33,625 bases of DNA from the NCBI RefSeq assembly GCF_006345805.1, contig NW_021832026.1:1-33625 (forward strand), written 5' to 3'. The DNA comes from Octopus sinensis (Eukaryota). This document shows, piece by piece, positions 11,215-23,781 of the stretch. Each line of letters begins with the position of its first letter. The first letter of the stretch is position 1. The notes under the pieces were generated by a model. That model had not been told where the DNA came from and did no database searches. It saw nothing but the letters and a program-made list of their open reading frames with translations. The position numbers and the translations under genes are program-made.

Positions 11215-11418
11215 TCTGTAAATATAATATGTGACAATTATTCGGTAGCCATGATAAATCTCGGAGTTTCGGTGTCGGGGCGGAAACCCACGTCGGCATC
11301 TCTTCGGTTATCGGGCCGGCCTGATAACCGAAGAGATGCCGGCGTGGTTTCCGCCCCGACATCCGAAACTCGGAGTTTTATCATGGCTACCGAATAATTG
11401 TCATATATTATTTACAGA
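11215..11418. repeat. Zero-spacer palindrome with ~103-bp arms, each arm carrying an HHR-like motif
   Basis: Centre GGCC|GGCC at 11317/11318. The arms are reverse complements with a few substitutions and indels. Confidence 0.92.
11322..11383 (+). ncRNA. Type I hammerhead-like motif (C4 variant); degenerate mirror copy at 11252-11313 on the minus strand
   Basis: TGATAA CCGAAGA GATGCCGG-13nt-CCGACATC C GAA ACTCGGAGT T TTATCA. 6-bp helix I, 8-position helix II with one C.A mismatch, near-palindromic helix III. Confidence 0.7.
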
Positions 11419-11553
11419 GTATATAATATATATATAGATATTATATTATATATATTATATAATATATATATATATTATATATGTGTATGTATGTATGTAT
11501 GTATGTATGTATGTATATACATACATGTGTATATATACACAGACACATATATA

Positions 11554-11597
<44 letters not shown>

Positions 11598-12184
11598 TAT
11601 ACACACTCCATTCTGCCGCATATAGTCGAAAGGTATACACGTACATGAAGCTGGTATCGTTTCTTTTCTTGTTTCCTACTTGCTTACTTAGTTCTCTATT
11701 TTCGGAAAGTGTTCACCCACGAAACGTTAGCCAACCTATTTTCCTTCACTGTTTTTATTTCGGGGGGTGGTGGGTAAAATTCATTATGCCCAATATTTTG
11801 TGTTAATTTTTTGTGACTCTGTGACTGTGTGTGTGGGGGGGGGGTTAGCATTTTGTCTGCAGTCTTTTGCATTTTTGTCTACCTGTTATAATCACCCACG
11901 TTGCATAATCGTCTGTCTCTTATACACCTCATCTCATTTGTGCTAGTTTACACACTCACACGCACACATATACACGCGCGCGCAGCAAGCACGCACTCAT
12001 GCTCACACAAACACATACATGTGTGTCCCACATGTTCCTTCTCAGTTTCTAGATGAGCAGTCCCTCTCTCACAAGGCATTGCTCACCCTGGTTGCCACGC
12101 AATGTGTCGCACAGTGCGATCGGAGTCCAAAGAAGGTTATTGAGAAGCAAATTCTAAACCAGACAAGTATTTAGTCACTCACTT

Positions 12185-12740
12185 GCTCTCACTTCTTCTC
12201 CTCTCCTCCTCCTTCTCCTTCACTCACTTCACTCCTCCTCCTGCACCTCCTCGTACTCCTCCCGCAACTCCTCCTCCTCCTTTTCATTCTCCTCCTTCTT
12301 TTACTCTTCTCCCTCCTTCTCCTCTTCCACTTTTTTCTAAACACTCACGCATACACACATTTTCTATAATTTACACACACACGCATACACACACACGCAT
12401 ACACACACACACAAACACACACTCTCCCCCTCCCTCCCTCCATTCCTCCCTCCTCACTCCCCCCTCCCCTCTACCTCTTTCTCCCTTCCTCTCTCTCCCC
12501 CTCTCTCCTCCTTTCTCTCTTCCTCTCCGTCTCCTTCTCACTCCCCACCGCTTTCTCCCCCCTCTATCTATCTCTTCCCCCTTCTCACCCCATCTCTCTC
12601 CCCCTCCCATCTCCCTCTCGCCCACCCCCTATCCTCCTTCTCATCCCTCTACCTTCTCTCCATCTCTCACTCCTTCCAATGTGGCTCTGCCCAAACTTAT
12701 TCTTTCTCTGTCTCATTCCATTTTTTCTTTCTCTACAACT
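12185..12740. repeat. CT-rich polypyrimidine low-complexity tract with embedded (CA)n
   Basis: Direct reading of the sequence. Confidence 0.9.
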
Positions 12741-12855
12741 TGTTGACTGAACATCGAAAATATAACCTTGTGCTAGTTATTCTGGATCTGTAAGTTCTGA
12801 TCTCAAATCCCACCGTCGAAAAGCTTTCTGTCATTCATCTGTGTCTGATAAAATA

Positions 12856-13189
12856 GGTATAGGAGGAACACTCCGTCGGTTACGACGACGAGGGTCCCAG
12901 TTGATACGATCAACGGAACAGCCTGCTCGTGAAATTAACGCGCAAATGATTGAGCACTCCACAGACACGCGTACCCCTAACGTAGTTCTCAGGGAGATTC
13001 AGCGTGACACAGAGTGTGACAAGGCCGGCCCTTTGAAATACAAGTACAACTCATTTTTGCCAGCTGAGTGGACTGGAGCAACGTGAAATAAAGTGTCTTG
13101 CTCAAAGACACAACGCGTCGCCGGGAATCGAACTCACGACTTCACAATCGTGAGTCGAATGCCCTAACCACTAAGCCACGCGCCTTCAA
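12856..13189 (-). mobile_element. tRNA-derived SINE family C, full length, with a 13-bp TSD
   Basis: Minus-strand head GGCGCGTGGCTTAGTGGTTAGGGCATTCGAC..GAGTTCGATTCCCGG (A and B boxes), then GTGTCTTTGAGCAAGACACTTTATTTCAC core. GTCTGATAAAATA flanks it at 12843-12855 and 13190-13202. Confidence 0.92.
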
Positions 13190-13270
13190 GTCTGATAAAA
13201 TAAAATACAAATCAAATACATTGAGATTGATGTAATTGGTGTGTACCTTTCAACTATATGCTGCAGAATG

Positions 13271-13324
<54 letters not shown>

Positions 13325-13353
13325 GTATATATATCGATAGATATGTATATATG

Positions 13354-13395
<42 letters not shown>

Positions 13396-13424
13396 GATAG
13401 AGAGAGAGAGAGAGAGGGAGAATT

Positions 13425-13620
13425 CATAAAAAAAGACGAAGACAGGTGGTGTAGACAACAAACAGCTGTATTAGTATAACGCTCAGGAAGTGAAAAAGTC
13501 TTTAGCGTTTCGAGCCTACGTTCTTCGACAGAAAGAAACAAGGAGAGAAAATAAAGAATGTGTAGTGGCTAGCGATCTATAATGGAGGGAGAAACGACAA
13601 TAGGAAAAAGCAGAAAGTAC
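13425..13620 (-). mobile_element. Short pLTR-like repeat with a degenerate HHR motif (13500-13535); same family as ~31945-32100
   Basis: Minus strand reads CTTT CTGTCGA A GAAC-GTAG-GCTC GAA ACGC T AAAG. Flanks GATCGCTAGCCACTACACATTCTTTATTTTCTCTCC and CTACACCACCTGTCTTCGTC are shared with the 32-kb copy. Confidence 0.7.
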
Positions 13621-13637
13621 AAAAAAAGTATAGAAAG

Positions 13638-13676
<39 letters not shown>

Positions 13677-14864
13677 ATGTGTGTGTGTGTGTGTGTATAT
13701 ATACATATATGTATATATATACGTATATATATATGTATATATATATAATATATGTAAATTGATAAATATATATATGTATATATAATGTATATAAATTGAT
13801 AAATAAAACATATGCATATATACATACATATATGTACGTACCTACATCTACATGTATATACACATGCATATATAGGTACAGGACACAAAAAAAACGGCGA
13901 ACACAATGAGAAACGAAAACATAAACACAAAACCAAGGAAATGGACATTTTTCTTAAACAACGAAAAAATGGAGTGCAGGACATATAACAAGGAAAATTC
14001 CCCTTCTTCAGTCGCCTCTGTTTCATCTACTCCGCGTTCGAAGGTCAAGGCGAGACACGACTTCGGTGAAACATTCCTTCCCGCAAAAAGCAAATTAAAT
14101 CAGATTTGAGATTTTTTGCGGAGGGGTAAAAATGGTAACGAAAACAGGACAGTAAAGACAGTACAAATTATAAACAGTAAAAGACAAGGCAAGGAGAATA
14201 ACAGTAACACAAACAATGAGGGCTGTTAAGCCAAACGAGAGAAAATATTACGAACGCTTGTTGAGAACGGCTGATAAATTGTATAAATATATGTATATAT
14301 GAGATAGACATACAAATTATAAAAAGCATAGACAAACATGCAATGGCGTAGATATAGAATTATATTCATAGATACATATAGGCAATATCTACATACATTC
14401 CCACATACACGAAGAAATACGCATGCGTGTGTTTACTTGAATATACAGCTAGCAATCAATCAATACAGGTAGAGATACTTGCACGTACTTACAACACGGA
14501 TATACATACACACCTACATATATTCATATATTTGTATATGGTGTCTATATACACACATCTAAGTCACCACCGCTATATATACTTATCTACTAATTGATTT
14601 TCATTGATTCTCACTTTTTCATTCCTCACCTATCTCATCTCATCATTTCATCATTACATCACTTTTCGACTTATTTTTTACCTTTCATTCTACCGATGTT
14701 TGTTCTATATATTTTTCTATGCGACTGCCTAATTTAAAAAATATCCCTTTACAATGTCTCGTTCTTTCTCACCGTTTCTCTCTCCACCTCGCCATATATA
14801 TATATATATAATATATATATATATATATTATATATATATATTTTCCAAACACACACAACACATA

Positions 14865-14895
<31 letters not shown>

Positions 14896-15006
14896 TTAAT
14901 ATGTATATACATACATATATAACAAAGTGAGTTGTAAGATACCGCACGAGTGGAAATATATATGAAAGAATGCATTTCTAACCTTCTTTCATATACTTAT
15001 ATATAT

Positions 15007-15055
<49 letters not shown>

Positions 15056-15254
15056 CAACTTATAAATAAGGGTAAACGAAAAAAATTTCTAATGCCAACT
15101 TATTTATAAGTTGTTTATAATTTAACCTTTAAAGGTAATTTTTAATATACTGGCCATTGATAAAAATTTTTTTTCGAAAAAATTTTTTCCTACATTAGAT
15201 ATATATACATATATATTTTCCAAACGTATCCTAATGTAATCATTATTGTCCTTT

Positions 15255-16328
15255 GAACACCCTGATGATTCCCTATAGGATGCCAGCATCATTTCGGCAA
15301 CGCTAATGGAATATTTTCCACATCATGCAGATGATGTAGCGCTAACGGCAGCGTTGGAGAGAATAAAGCTTGAGATTTTCTAGTCGATCCCAATAGTCAA
15401 GGTCTGTGATGCCATCTATCTTTTATGTAATTGACCTTTGAGGTGCTTCATTTTCATGATATTTTGTTTCGTGTGGGGGGACCACGGTGAACAACAATAT
15501 TCAAGGTGGGGTCGGGCAAAAGTGGAGAAGATAAGAATAATGGTGTGGATATCTCTCGTCTGGCAAGCTCTGAGAATCCAGGAACACATTCTGCAGACCA
15601 TGTCAACTTTGCTGCTTATATGATGTTTTTAGATGCCGTGAGAGTTTCACCTGAAGGAAGGGAGTATGGAGTTTCAGGGTATCCTCTTTTCCGAAGAGGA
15701 TTAACTCAAATTTGTCCTCGTTCACTAGCATATTATTCTTTTCTGTCCATTGGATGGCAGCCAGTAGATCTGACTGAAGGCATACCCAGTTACCCACTTC
15801 ATTGATGACCTTCTGGATCTTGGAACCATCTGCAAGGATTCTTATATTACTTTGCTTGATCATGCCAGTAATGTCATTGATGATGCAAAGAAGTGGGTGC
15901 AAAACAGTGCCTGGTGGAACACCACTACTGACTTTGGCTGGGCTTGATATTACTTTTTCGACTACAACATGTTGGTTTCAGCCAGTCAGGAAACACTCGA
16001 TCCATTCTAGTAACTTTCCAGAGACACCGATGCTGGATAGTTATTTTTCAAGAGGATCTTAAGATCCATCCTGTCAAAGCCTTGCTGAAATCAAGGTAGA
16101 CGACATCAGTATTCGGGCCCTCTCCCTAGGTTCTCAAAATGTCATCAAGGTGACGCAGGAGCAGTTCCTTCCATTACGGAACCCGCGTTGGTTGGGGTTC
16201 AGCAGTCTATTGCTTTCAAGAAAGTGGGTTATCCGTGATCTCACTACCATTTCAAATACCTTAATGATATCAGAGGTGAGCAAAGTCGGCCGGTAGTTCA
16301 CTGCAAATGACTTGTTTCCCTTATCTGT

Positions 16329-16330
<2 letters not shown>
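15255..16330 (-). pseudogene. 5'-truncated, decayed LINE reverse transcriptase fragment (CR1/L2 group)
   Basis: Translated pieces in correct order: NYRPTLLTSDIIKVFE..NPNQRGFRNGRNC, DFSKAFD, PGGTVLHPLL..INDI, IRILADGSKI (YADD-like), LQSDL..W..NNM..N..KF, RPHLEYCCSPWSP, YWDRLENLKLYSLQR. Many stops and frameshifts. Confidence 0.9.
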
Positions 16331-16362
<32 letters not shown>

Positions 16363-17132
16363 CGCATATATTTATTTTAGAGTTGTTGAAATGATAAAAC
16401 AATACATAAATGAATAATTAAAATGTAAATAAGTAAATGAAACAAACACATAAAAGAAATATAAATATCAGCGATAAAATAAGCAAAATATAAGTCAAAC
16501 TTATAAGGCAACGTGTGTGCTTTTAGTAAATACACATTTAAAAGCTAATGGTCGTGACCAGGAATAGGAAATCTATCGTTAATGAGTTAACATGAAACTT
16601 GTCATATCAATCGTCGATGAGGTTTTAATAGAGCTCCAACTAGTTAAATCATTCCCCTTTTTTTTATTGGTCACATAAAACTGCTCAATGTTAAGGAAGA
16701 TATTGAAGTTTAATGAGTATGTTCAAGTTTAAGAAGCAATATCCAAGTATAGTGAAACGCTATTTAGAGATCTTAGAATTGCTGTTTTCAGAAACACGCA
16801 TGCGTCCATTTATGTGGATGATCTGTATGCAGGAAAAATGTTTGCGCATCACTTCGGTTGTGTCAATTATAAATGAAATTCTAGACGCATTCCTTAATTG
16901 CTATAATGCTTTTAATTCAACTGATATTTTATGTCGCTTGTTTTAATGGTTTTAACTATTAAGCTCACTTCTGCACAACATGACAAAGAGTTAATATTGT
17001 TACGTCAGTATGTGTGTAAAATGTTGTCGAAGATAAAAATATTAAGACATATTACGTGTTATCTGGTGATTGTCTCAATGCTAAATTTCTATAGCGTTTT
17101 TATATCATTTTCTGCAAAATGAAGAAATTTGT

Positions 17133-17376
17133 CATCGTCGTCATCACCTTCCTCCTCCTCCTCCTCATCATCATCATCATCATCATCATCACCCTCACCA
17201 TCACCATCACCATCATCATCATCATCATCATCACCACCACCACCATCATCATCACCATCACCATCACCACCATCATCATCATCATCATCATCACCACCAT
17301 CATCACCATCACCATCACCATCATCATCATCATCATCATCACCATCACCATCATCATCATCATCATCATCATCATT

Positions 17377-17410
<34 letters not shown>
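17133..17410. repeat. (CAT)n/(CAC)n trinucleotide array
   Basis: Direct reading of the sequence. Confidence 0.95.
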
Positions 17411-17589
17411 ATATAGTGGTTCGGAGATTCTTTAGAATGACGAAAATAAAATGTCCGGCGATGTTTATTCTTTATAGTGGTGATATCATAATGCACCAGC
17501 CGATGTGATATACTATTCCTCTCCTTTAAAATTTTTGGCTTTACACTTGCGAAGTTCAACTTTGCCGTTCTGTAGATGTTTATTAGCGG

Positions 17590-18300
17590 GCAAGAGCGAT
17601 GACAATTACAGAGAGATATTTATCATCGACAAGATCACACTGGCTACTCTGGTCCGGAATACTTTGTGGCAGTGACCATGGAAAACTTCCAGAAATCCTC
17701 GGCCTGGCAGTGCTACCGGGGACAATTGCCGGTTCAGGATAAACTCTAGAGGCATGGAAGTGCCGTCGGTCGAGCTTACTGAAATGCGCATTGAACGATG
17801 AAACTGTTCTGCATGTATTCGTCCAGTGCCCAAGCATTTATGACATGTGGGTTTAGGCCTCATGTTGGTCAGAACAGACTATCGACTGAGTCCTTTGTGA
17901 AGATCGTCCCGCCACCTTATTTTCGCCGGGAAGAGCAGGAAATGTTTATTTGTCTGATGATCTTAGCGAATGAAGTTGGGGTGGTCCAGATTGGAAGTGC
18001 TGAAGACAGACATTTTCTTCGTTGGTATAACCCCCATCAACGTTTTGAAATTTCACTTGTAAAGGAAGGTAAGGGTGAAGAAGAAAATGCTGCCGTCCAT
18101 CAATTTTGTTGAAAGGCGGGTGAAAGTGGAAAGAATGGCCAGAGTAAACCAGACCTACTCCAAGCATGCACCTGTTGATTGAAGCAAGAAGATGAGAAAA
18201 AGGCACTGGCCCTAGTGGTCAGGGTGACTGCAGTTTGTGGAATTTCCACGAGCATCACTAGAAAGTCTCCCTGTTATGGGGAATTATTCATTGTCAGAAT
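17590..18300 (+). pseudogene. Decayed L1/Tx1-type LINE ORF2 C-terminal zinc-binding (zf-RVT-like) region and probable 3' UTR
   Basis: Plus-strand translation AWQCYRGQLPVQDKL*RHGSAVGRA...LNDETVLHVFVQCPSIYDMW fits the CxxC..E(T/S)xxH.F..C...W pattern of L1-clade ORF2. It continues as RLSTESFVKI and LKFHL*RKVRV. Confidence 0.7.
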
Positions 18301-18303
18301 TCA

Positions 18304-18580
18304 TTGGGTGGTCCCATAAATAATGCGGGTTTTGTTGTACATCTTTTCAAAATTAAGATAAAGTTCTTTTTTAATCTAATATATACTCTCCTTCATTTTC
18401 TACAATGCTCTTCCATCTATCTTCTAGACTTTTAAGACTCCTCTTCAAAAATTCACTTGACCGTCACGAAAAATACTCCTCCAGTACTGTTCTGATCTAG
18501 TCTACAGAAGCGTTCTCTTCTTCTTCTTAATAGTTTTCATATTCCAAAATACTCGCAATTTAAAATTTTAAGGGTCTGTA
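18304..18580 (-). mobile_element. Mariner remnant: transposase C-terminus plus 3' TIR
   Basis: Minus strand translates IRTVLEEYFS*RSSEFLKRSLKSLEDRWKSIVENEGEYILD* (typical mariner RW..V...GEY end). TIR TTGGGTGGTCCCATAAATAATGCGGGTTT at 18304-18332 resembles Hsmar1/MADE-type TIRs. Confidence 0.8.
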
Positions 18581-18606
18581 TTGACTATTGAAAGACTATT
18601 GTAAGA

Positions 18607-18643
18607 CTATTGAAAAGGTTGCAAGACGCAACGAAAATTTTAG
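18607..18643 (+). ncRNA. Minimal hammerhead-like motif with a U3:A8 core, in a pLTR-like repeat (~18583-18790)
   Basis: CTA TTGAAAA G GTTGC-AAGAC-GCAAC GAA AATT T TAG. Helix I is only 3 bp, helix II 5 bp, helix III the palindrome AATT. Confidence 0.5.
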
Positions 18644-18828
18644 GAAAATAAAAATAAGAAATAAGTGGAAATTTTACCGGTAAGTGTGTTAACTTATAAG
18701 GCACAAAAAGAAAATGACTCTTCCCAAACACAACAGTGTATTTTAAAATTTTTTCGTTTTCTTTCATCACGTAGCAATTACAGGGATATATACTCACACA
18801 CATACACGCATAATATATACATACATAC

Positions 18829-18983
18829 AGGTAGGGCTGTGTTGAGAAATTTGCTCTCAACCACATGGTTCTGTGTTCAGTCTCACCGCATGACACCTTG
18901 GGCAAGTATCTTCTACTATAGAGTCGGGCCGACCAAAGCCTTTTGAGTAGAGTTGGAAGAGAGAAACTGAAAAAAGGTCGTTG

Positions 18984-19029
<46 letters not shown>

Positions 19030-19446
19030 CACACAAATTTATATATTTGTGTTATCATTATTATTATTATATAGGCGTAGGAGTGGCTGTGTGATAAGTA
19101 GCTTGCTTACGAACCATATGATTCCGGGTTCAGTCCCACTGCGTGGCACCTTGGGCAAGTGTCTTCTACTATTGCCTCGGACCGACCAAAGCTTTGTGAG
19201 TGGATTTGGTAGACGGAAACTGAAAGTAGCCCGTCGTATATATGTATATATATATATGTGTGTGTATATGTGTCTGATGTGTTTACGTCCCCCGTAACTT
19301 AGCGGTTCGGCAAAAGAGACCGTTAGAATAAGTACCAGGCTTACAATGAATAAGTTCCAGGATCCATTTGCTTGACTAAAGGCGGTGCTCCAGCATGGCC
19401 ACAGTCAAATGACTGAAACAAGTAATAGAGTAAAAGAGTAAAAGAG
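18829..19446 (+). mobile_element. Two SINE family A copies: partial (18829-~18985) and full length (19073-19446)
   Basis: AGGCGTAGGAGTGGCTGTGTG head through CAAATGACTGAAACAAGTAA and a (TAAAAGAG)n tail. Confidence 0.92.
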
Positions 19447-20096
19447 ATATGCTTGCACACTCGCGAGTGTTTTACGCTTATGTAAACTTGTGGGAAACAT
19501 CTGTAATATTCTCTATAATTTCTTCTCTCTTCACCTTCATCTTTCATAAATTTTCAATTCCAAGTTTGCTTTTACTGCGCGCATATTTAATCTCTTCTCA
19601 AAATCATGGCCAGTGTATATTTCTTTTCACTTCCTCTGAAGAGAAATGATACTTCTTGATTATTCTAGGCAACGCATAAAAGCGTATATCAAGTGCAAAT
19701 TTATTGATCGAGAGACCTATATACGCAGCACAAAATAATTAGAATTATACTGACGTTGTGTGGGTGTGTGGGTGTGTCCCTGTGTGTGTCTGTGAGTGTG
19801 CATGTGTATGTGCATACACTTGTATATGCGTGTGTAGATTTGTGCGTGCGCGCACATGTATTTGTGTTTATATAAACACAGAGACAATAAACAATTGGTT
19901 TTTAGTAAAATTCATCGTACAAAAGACCGGCTTGGTTTCTAAGCAATCTTCTCTGACACACTTGTAAATAGATGTTGCATTCTGGGACATATTTTCCCCG
20001 CTTTCTTTATCAATATTCGATGACTGAAAAGAAGTGTTGTCCGATTTGGAGATGCTACGATCCATGTGTGTAATAATTTTATCTATTTTATACCAG

Positions 20097-20262
20097 AGGC
20101 GCAGGTTTGACTGTGCTACGAAGCTTGCTTCCCAACCACATTGTTTCTGTTTCAGTAACACTGCGTGGAAACGTATGCGAATGTTTTCTGCTATAACCCC
20201 GGGTCGAGCAAGGCCTTGTGAGTGATATTTGATAGACAGAAACTGAAATAAGCCCGTCGTGT
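20097..20262 (+). mobile_element. SINE family A, 5' half, decayed
   Basis: AGGCGCAGG..CCAACCACAT..GAAACTGAAATAAGCCCGTCG. Confidence 0.8.
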
Positions 20263-20744
20263 GTGCGTATATATCACATGATCGGTGTCCGACGAACCAT
20301 GTTCTTTCTTTCTTGGCCTGACTGCCGACTGCCAACACCTCTCATGTCCATCAATGATCTGCCTTTATGCTTTCACTTCATACACGCCAGCTCAATTATA
20401 TCTGTTCTCAGTCGAAAGACACCTGTTGATATTTTCTTGTTTGTATTCGTAATTGTGTACCATGTTCTCCGTTTTTGTTTTTGTTGCCATATACATTCGC
20501 TAGCTTTTTTATAAGTGTGTCTAATACTCTTAGACTTTGGGTGGGGGGCAACCAGATCGAACCGAAACTGCCGTGGCTTCTGTTACTTGACTGACGAAAG
20601 AAGGCCAGGAATGACCCGTATATTTTTGCCTGTCCTTCTAATTGTTGTTTCTCTTGTCCGCCTTTGTATCCTCTATCTGTCCGAATGTTTTATTGACCTC
20701 TATTGTGTTTTTGTTCCATTTATATGTATATATTTATACTTTTG

Positions 20745-21166
20745 TTCTTTTATTTGTTCCAGTCATTTGACAGAGCCCATTCTGGAGCACCGCTTTCACT
20801 CGAACAAATCGACCCCAGGACTTACTCTTTGTAAGCCTAGTACTTATCCTATCGAACCCTTTTGCCGAACCGCTAAGTTATGGGCACGTAAACACACCAA
20901 CATCGGTTGCAAAGCGATGGTGGGGGAACAAACATAAATACACAGAGACACACACACACACAAACGCACACACACAGACACAAACATACACACACACACA
21001 CATATATACGACGAGCTTATTTCAGTTTCTCTCTTCCAAATCCACTTACAAGGCTTTGGTTGGCTCGAGGCTATAATAGAAACACTTGCCCAAGGTGCCA
21101 TACAATGGGGAGGTATCCGAAGCCATGTGGTTGGTAAGCTAGCTACTTACCACACAGCCACTCCTG
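20745..21166 (-). mobile_element. SINE family A, full length
   Basis: Reverse complement of the 19073-19446 consensus along its full length. Confidence 0.9.
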
Positions 21167-21741
21167 ATACTCAATTTATCGACCACGAAAGAATAAAAGG
21201 CGAAGTCGACCTCGGCGGATTTTGAACTCAGAACGTAATGACATAAATACATAAAGCATAAGGTTACTCTGGGCACACAAAGGAGACGCCACAACACTGT
21301 TTTCAAGCTGTGTCGATCCATGTGATGCTCCTGGGCAACATCAGTGGCATGGACAGGGTAGACAGCTAGTTTTTCATAAATAAATTCGCTCAGGCCTGAG
21401 CCTCGGACATCTTTCCGTGCGTAGAAGTATGGCCTGACAGGACATGCAACGGCCGCGACTACTCTGTATGCACACACACACACACAACACACACATATAT
21501 ATATTAAATTCAAATTACGATGAACGTAAACAAACGAAGTTTGCTTTAGAAGCGTTGAGATGTCTTAGAAAGTTAAAGAAGTGATTTTAAATTCTCAAAC
21601 GCAGGATAATGCTAATAATATAGCTTGAACAGGATAAGCTACCTCTAATTTGCAGAAAAAAAGTGTTGGCGGCCGGCTATGAAACTCGAACTCACATCAC
21701 CGTGATTACGCGTCGCGGCGGCAGAAAAGTGTTGGCGGCCG

Positions 21742-21786
<45 letters not shown>

Positions 21787-22534
21787 AGCCTGGCGCAATG
21801 TGATACTATAAAGAAAACTTTCAATCGTCGAGAAGTGTGACTAAGGATGCCGAAATACCTACATTACTAGAAAAACGAGACTCTTAAAGAGCGCAAATAT
21901 ATATACATATACTGAGAGGGGAGGTAACCACCCTATGACCGTCTCGGGGATCACCCAGACTAGGCCTAGTTTCTCACACACTCACGCATAAACAAGAACA
22001 CACACGCGCACGCTCACACATTGACACAGACACAGATAGACATACACACATACACACACACACATAGAAATACAGATATGACAAATTTAACTATTTCTAC
22101 GTAAATTGAAAGAAAAAAAACGAACAGCTTCAGTCAAGTTTCGAACCTTATGGGGAACTCCTCAGGGGTATCTACATCATTTGATCAGTCCCAGAGAAAT
22201 ACGCAGCCACTCTGTTTATATACTCAACAAATTGAATACTTAAGATAACTGGAGCTATTAACTCGCAAAGCATAATAATATACACATACGTATATATATA
22301 CACACACAAACATACAGCGACGCGCGTAAATGTGTATATGCGTATTTGTATGTAGGTTGTATGTTAGGAAGATCATTTTTTCTCCTAATAAATTCACACG
22401 CGCTGGTTCTAGTTCACTTCTATTCCTTATGATGATGTGTCTGCTTTCTTAGGAAAACTACCTTTCTAACATCTGTTTTAACACACGATTCCTCATCAGG
22501 ATTCTTGTAAGACAAATACAAAAATGATGCACGC

Positions 22535-22565
<31 letters not shown>

Positions 22566-22597
22566 AAACACACACACAAAACACACTAATATATATA

Positions 22598-22646
<49 letters not shown>

Positions 22647-23741
22647 TATATATATAATGTAGTATATGCACACTATAATATTGCCAGTCTGAATCATCGT
22701 AAGTTTTATCAGATCAAAGCTTCTTTAAATAATAAAGGTATTGAACTATGTGATACTGAGTAAAAGATGTTTAAAGAAGGAAAAAGAATTCTTGTATACA
22801 TAATGCGTGAGATAACAAACCAAGCTGGTCTTCGTATGATGTCATCAGCGTGCGAGACAGGTGTTTCTGCGTCATCAAGCTTCGTCGACTATAGGTAACC
22901 AAGTCCGCCGTTCACTGCCCACTATTAATTGCCACCTCCCTCTCCTCTCTCTCCTGTCCCTACTCTTTCTCCTCTCCCCCCTCTCTCTCTGTCATTCTCT
23001 CTTTGTATATAGAACAAAAAGGACACAACATGCGAAATAGATGATAACACAGCAAACGGCAGACAGGATAAAAATAAGATACACGGATCATTCTCAGCCG
23101 ATTTCCTCATTAGTCGGAGTTCGGAGAGTTCTTGTAGTTTCACCCCTTTATCTCCGATACTACTCGAATCCAGCGGGTGCCAGGGACTTAAGATAAAAGC
23201 ATTAAACCCCTGGGAAAGGCAAACGAATGTATACAAGAACGAAAGCAGGAACAGAAACAAAAACGAGAAAGCTAGAATTATACAGGTACAACAGATTGCC
23301 TTTCAGCTATATAGTAGAAGAGAAAATTTTTTGTACAAATAAGAATAAAATAAGTAAATAAAAGAAAGGGTCTTTCGACTATCAGGCGAACGTAACCTTA
23401 TGAAATAATAACGCAATGGACAAATGCCTTTCGCATATACAGCAAAAGGAAACTAATTGTACAATTGCAACATAAATAAATAACTAAAAATGTCTTTCGA
23501 TTATGCGACGAGCATAGTAATCTGGCGCAAAGGAAAAGTAGAAAAAGTTAACAGACTATATATACACGCATATATATGCATACGTATGTGTATGTATATC
23601 TATCGGTCTATCTATTTGTGCGTGTATATGTGCATATACATATATATATATAATTGTTTGAGTAAAACTTTTCAAAGCGGTGCCCCCAGCATGGTAGCAG
23701 TCGAATGACTGAATCAAGTAAAAGAATAAAAGAATAAAAGA

Positions 23742-23781
<40 letters not shown>

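Noticed and set aside
13100-13189. tRNA gene, here and at other SINE heads
   Set aside because: A and B boxes are present, but there is no full cloverleaf with an acceptor stem, and the sequence runs on into SINE body.
16713-17122. Short ORFs in AT-rich unique DNA as host exons
   Set aside because: No recognisable domain and no convincing splice context. The length is compatible with chance.
17606-17863. Minus-strand CHKCLGTGRIHAEQ as a gag-like zinc knuckle
   Set aside because: The His and final Cys are missing, and the plus strand gives a much better match to an L1/Tx1 ORF2 C-terminus.
22128-22168. Minus-strand CTGAGGA..GAAAC hammerhead candidate
   Set aside because: Helix II has two U.U mismatches, U16.1 is absent and helix I does not pair. 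At best a dead relic.
22466-22503. Minus-strand CTGATGA GGAATC..AAAACAGATGT hammerhead candidate
   Set aside because: There is no 3' strand for helix II, G12 is missing and helix I does not pair.
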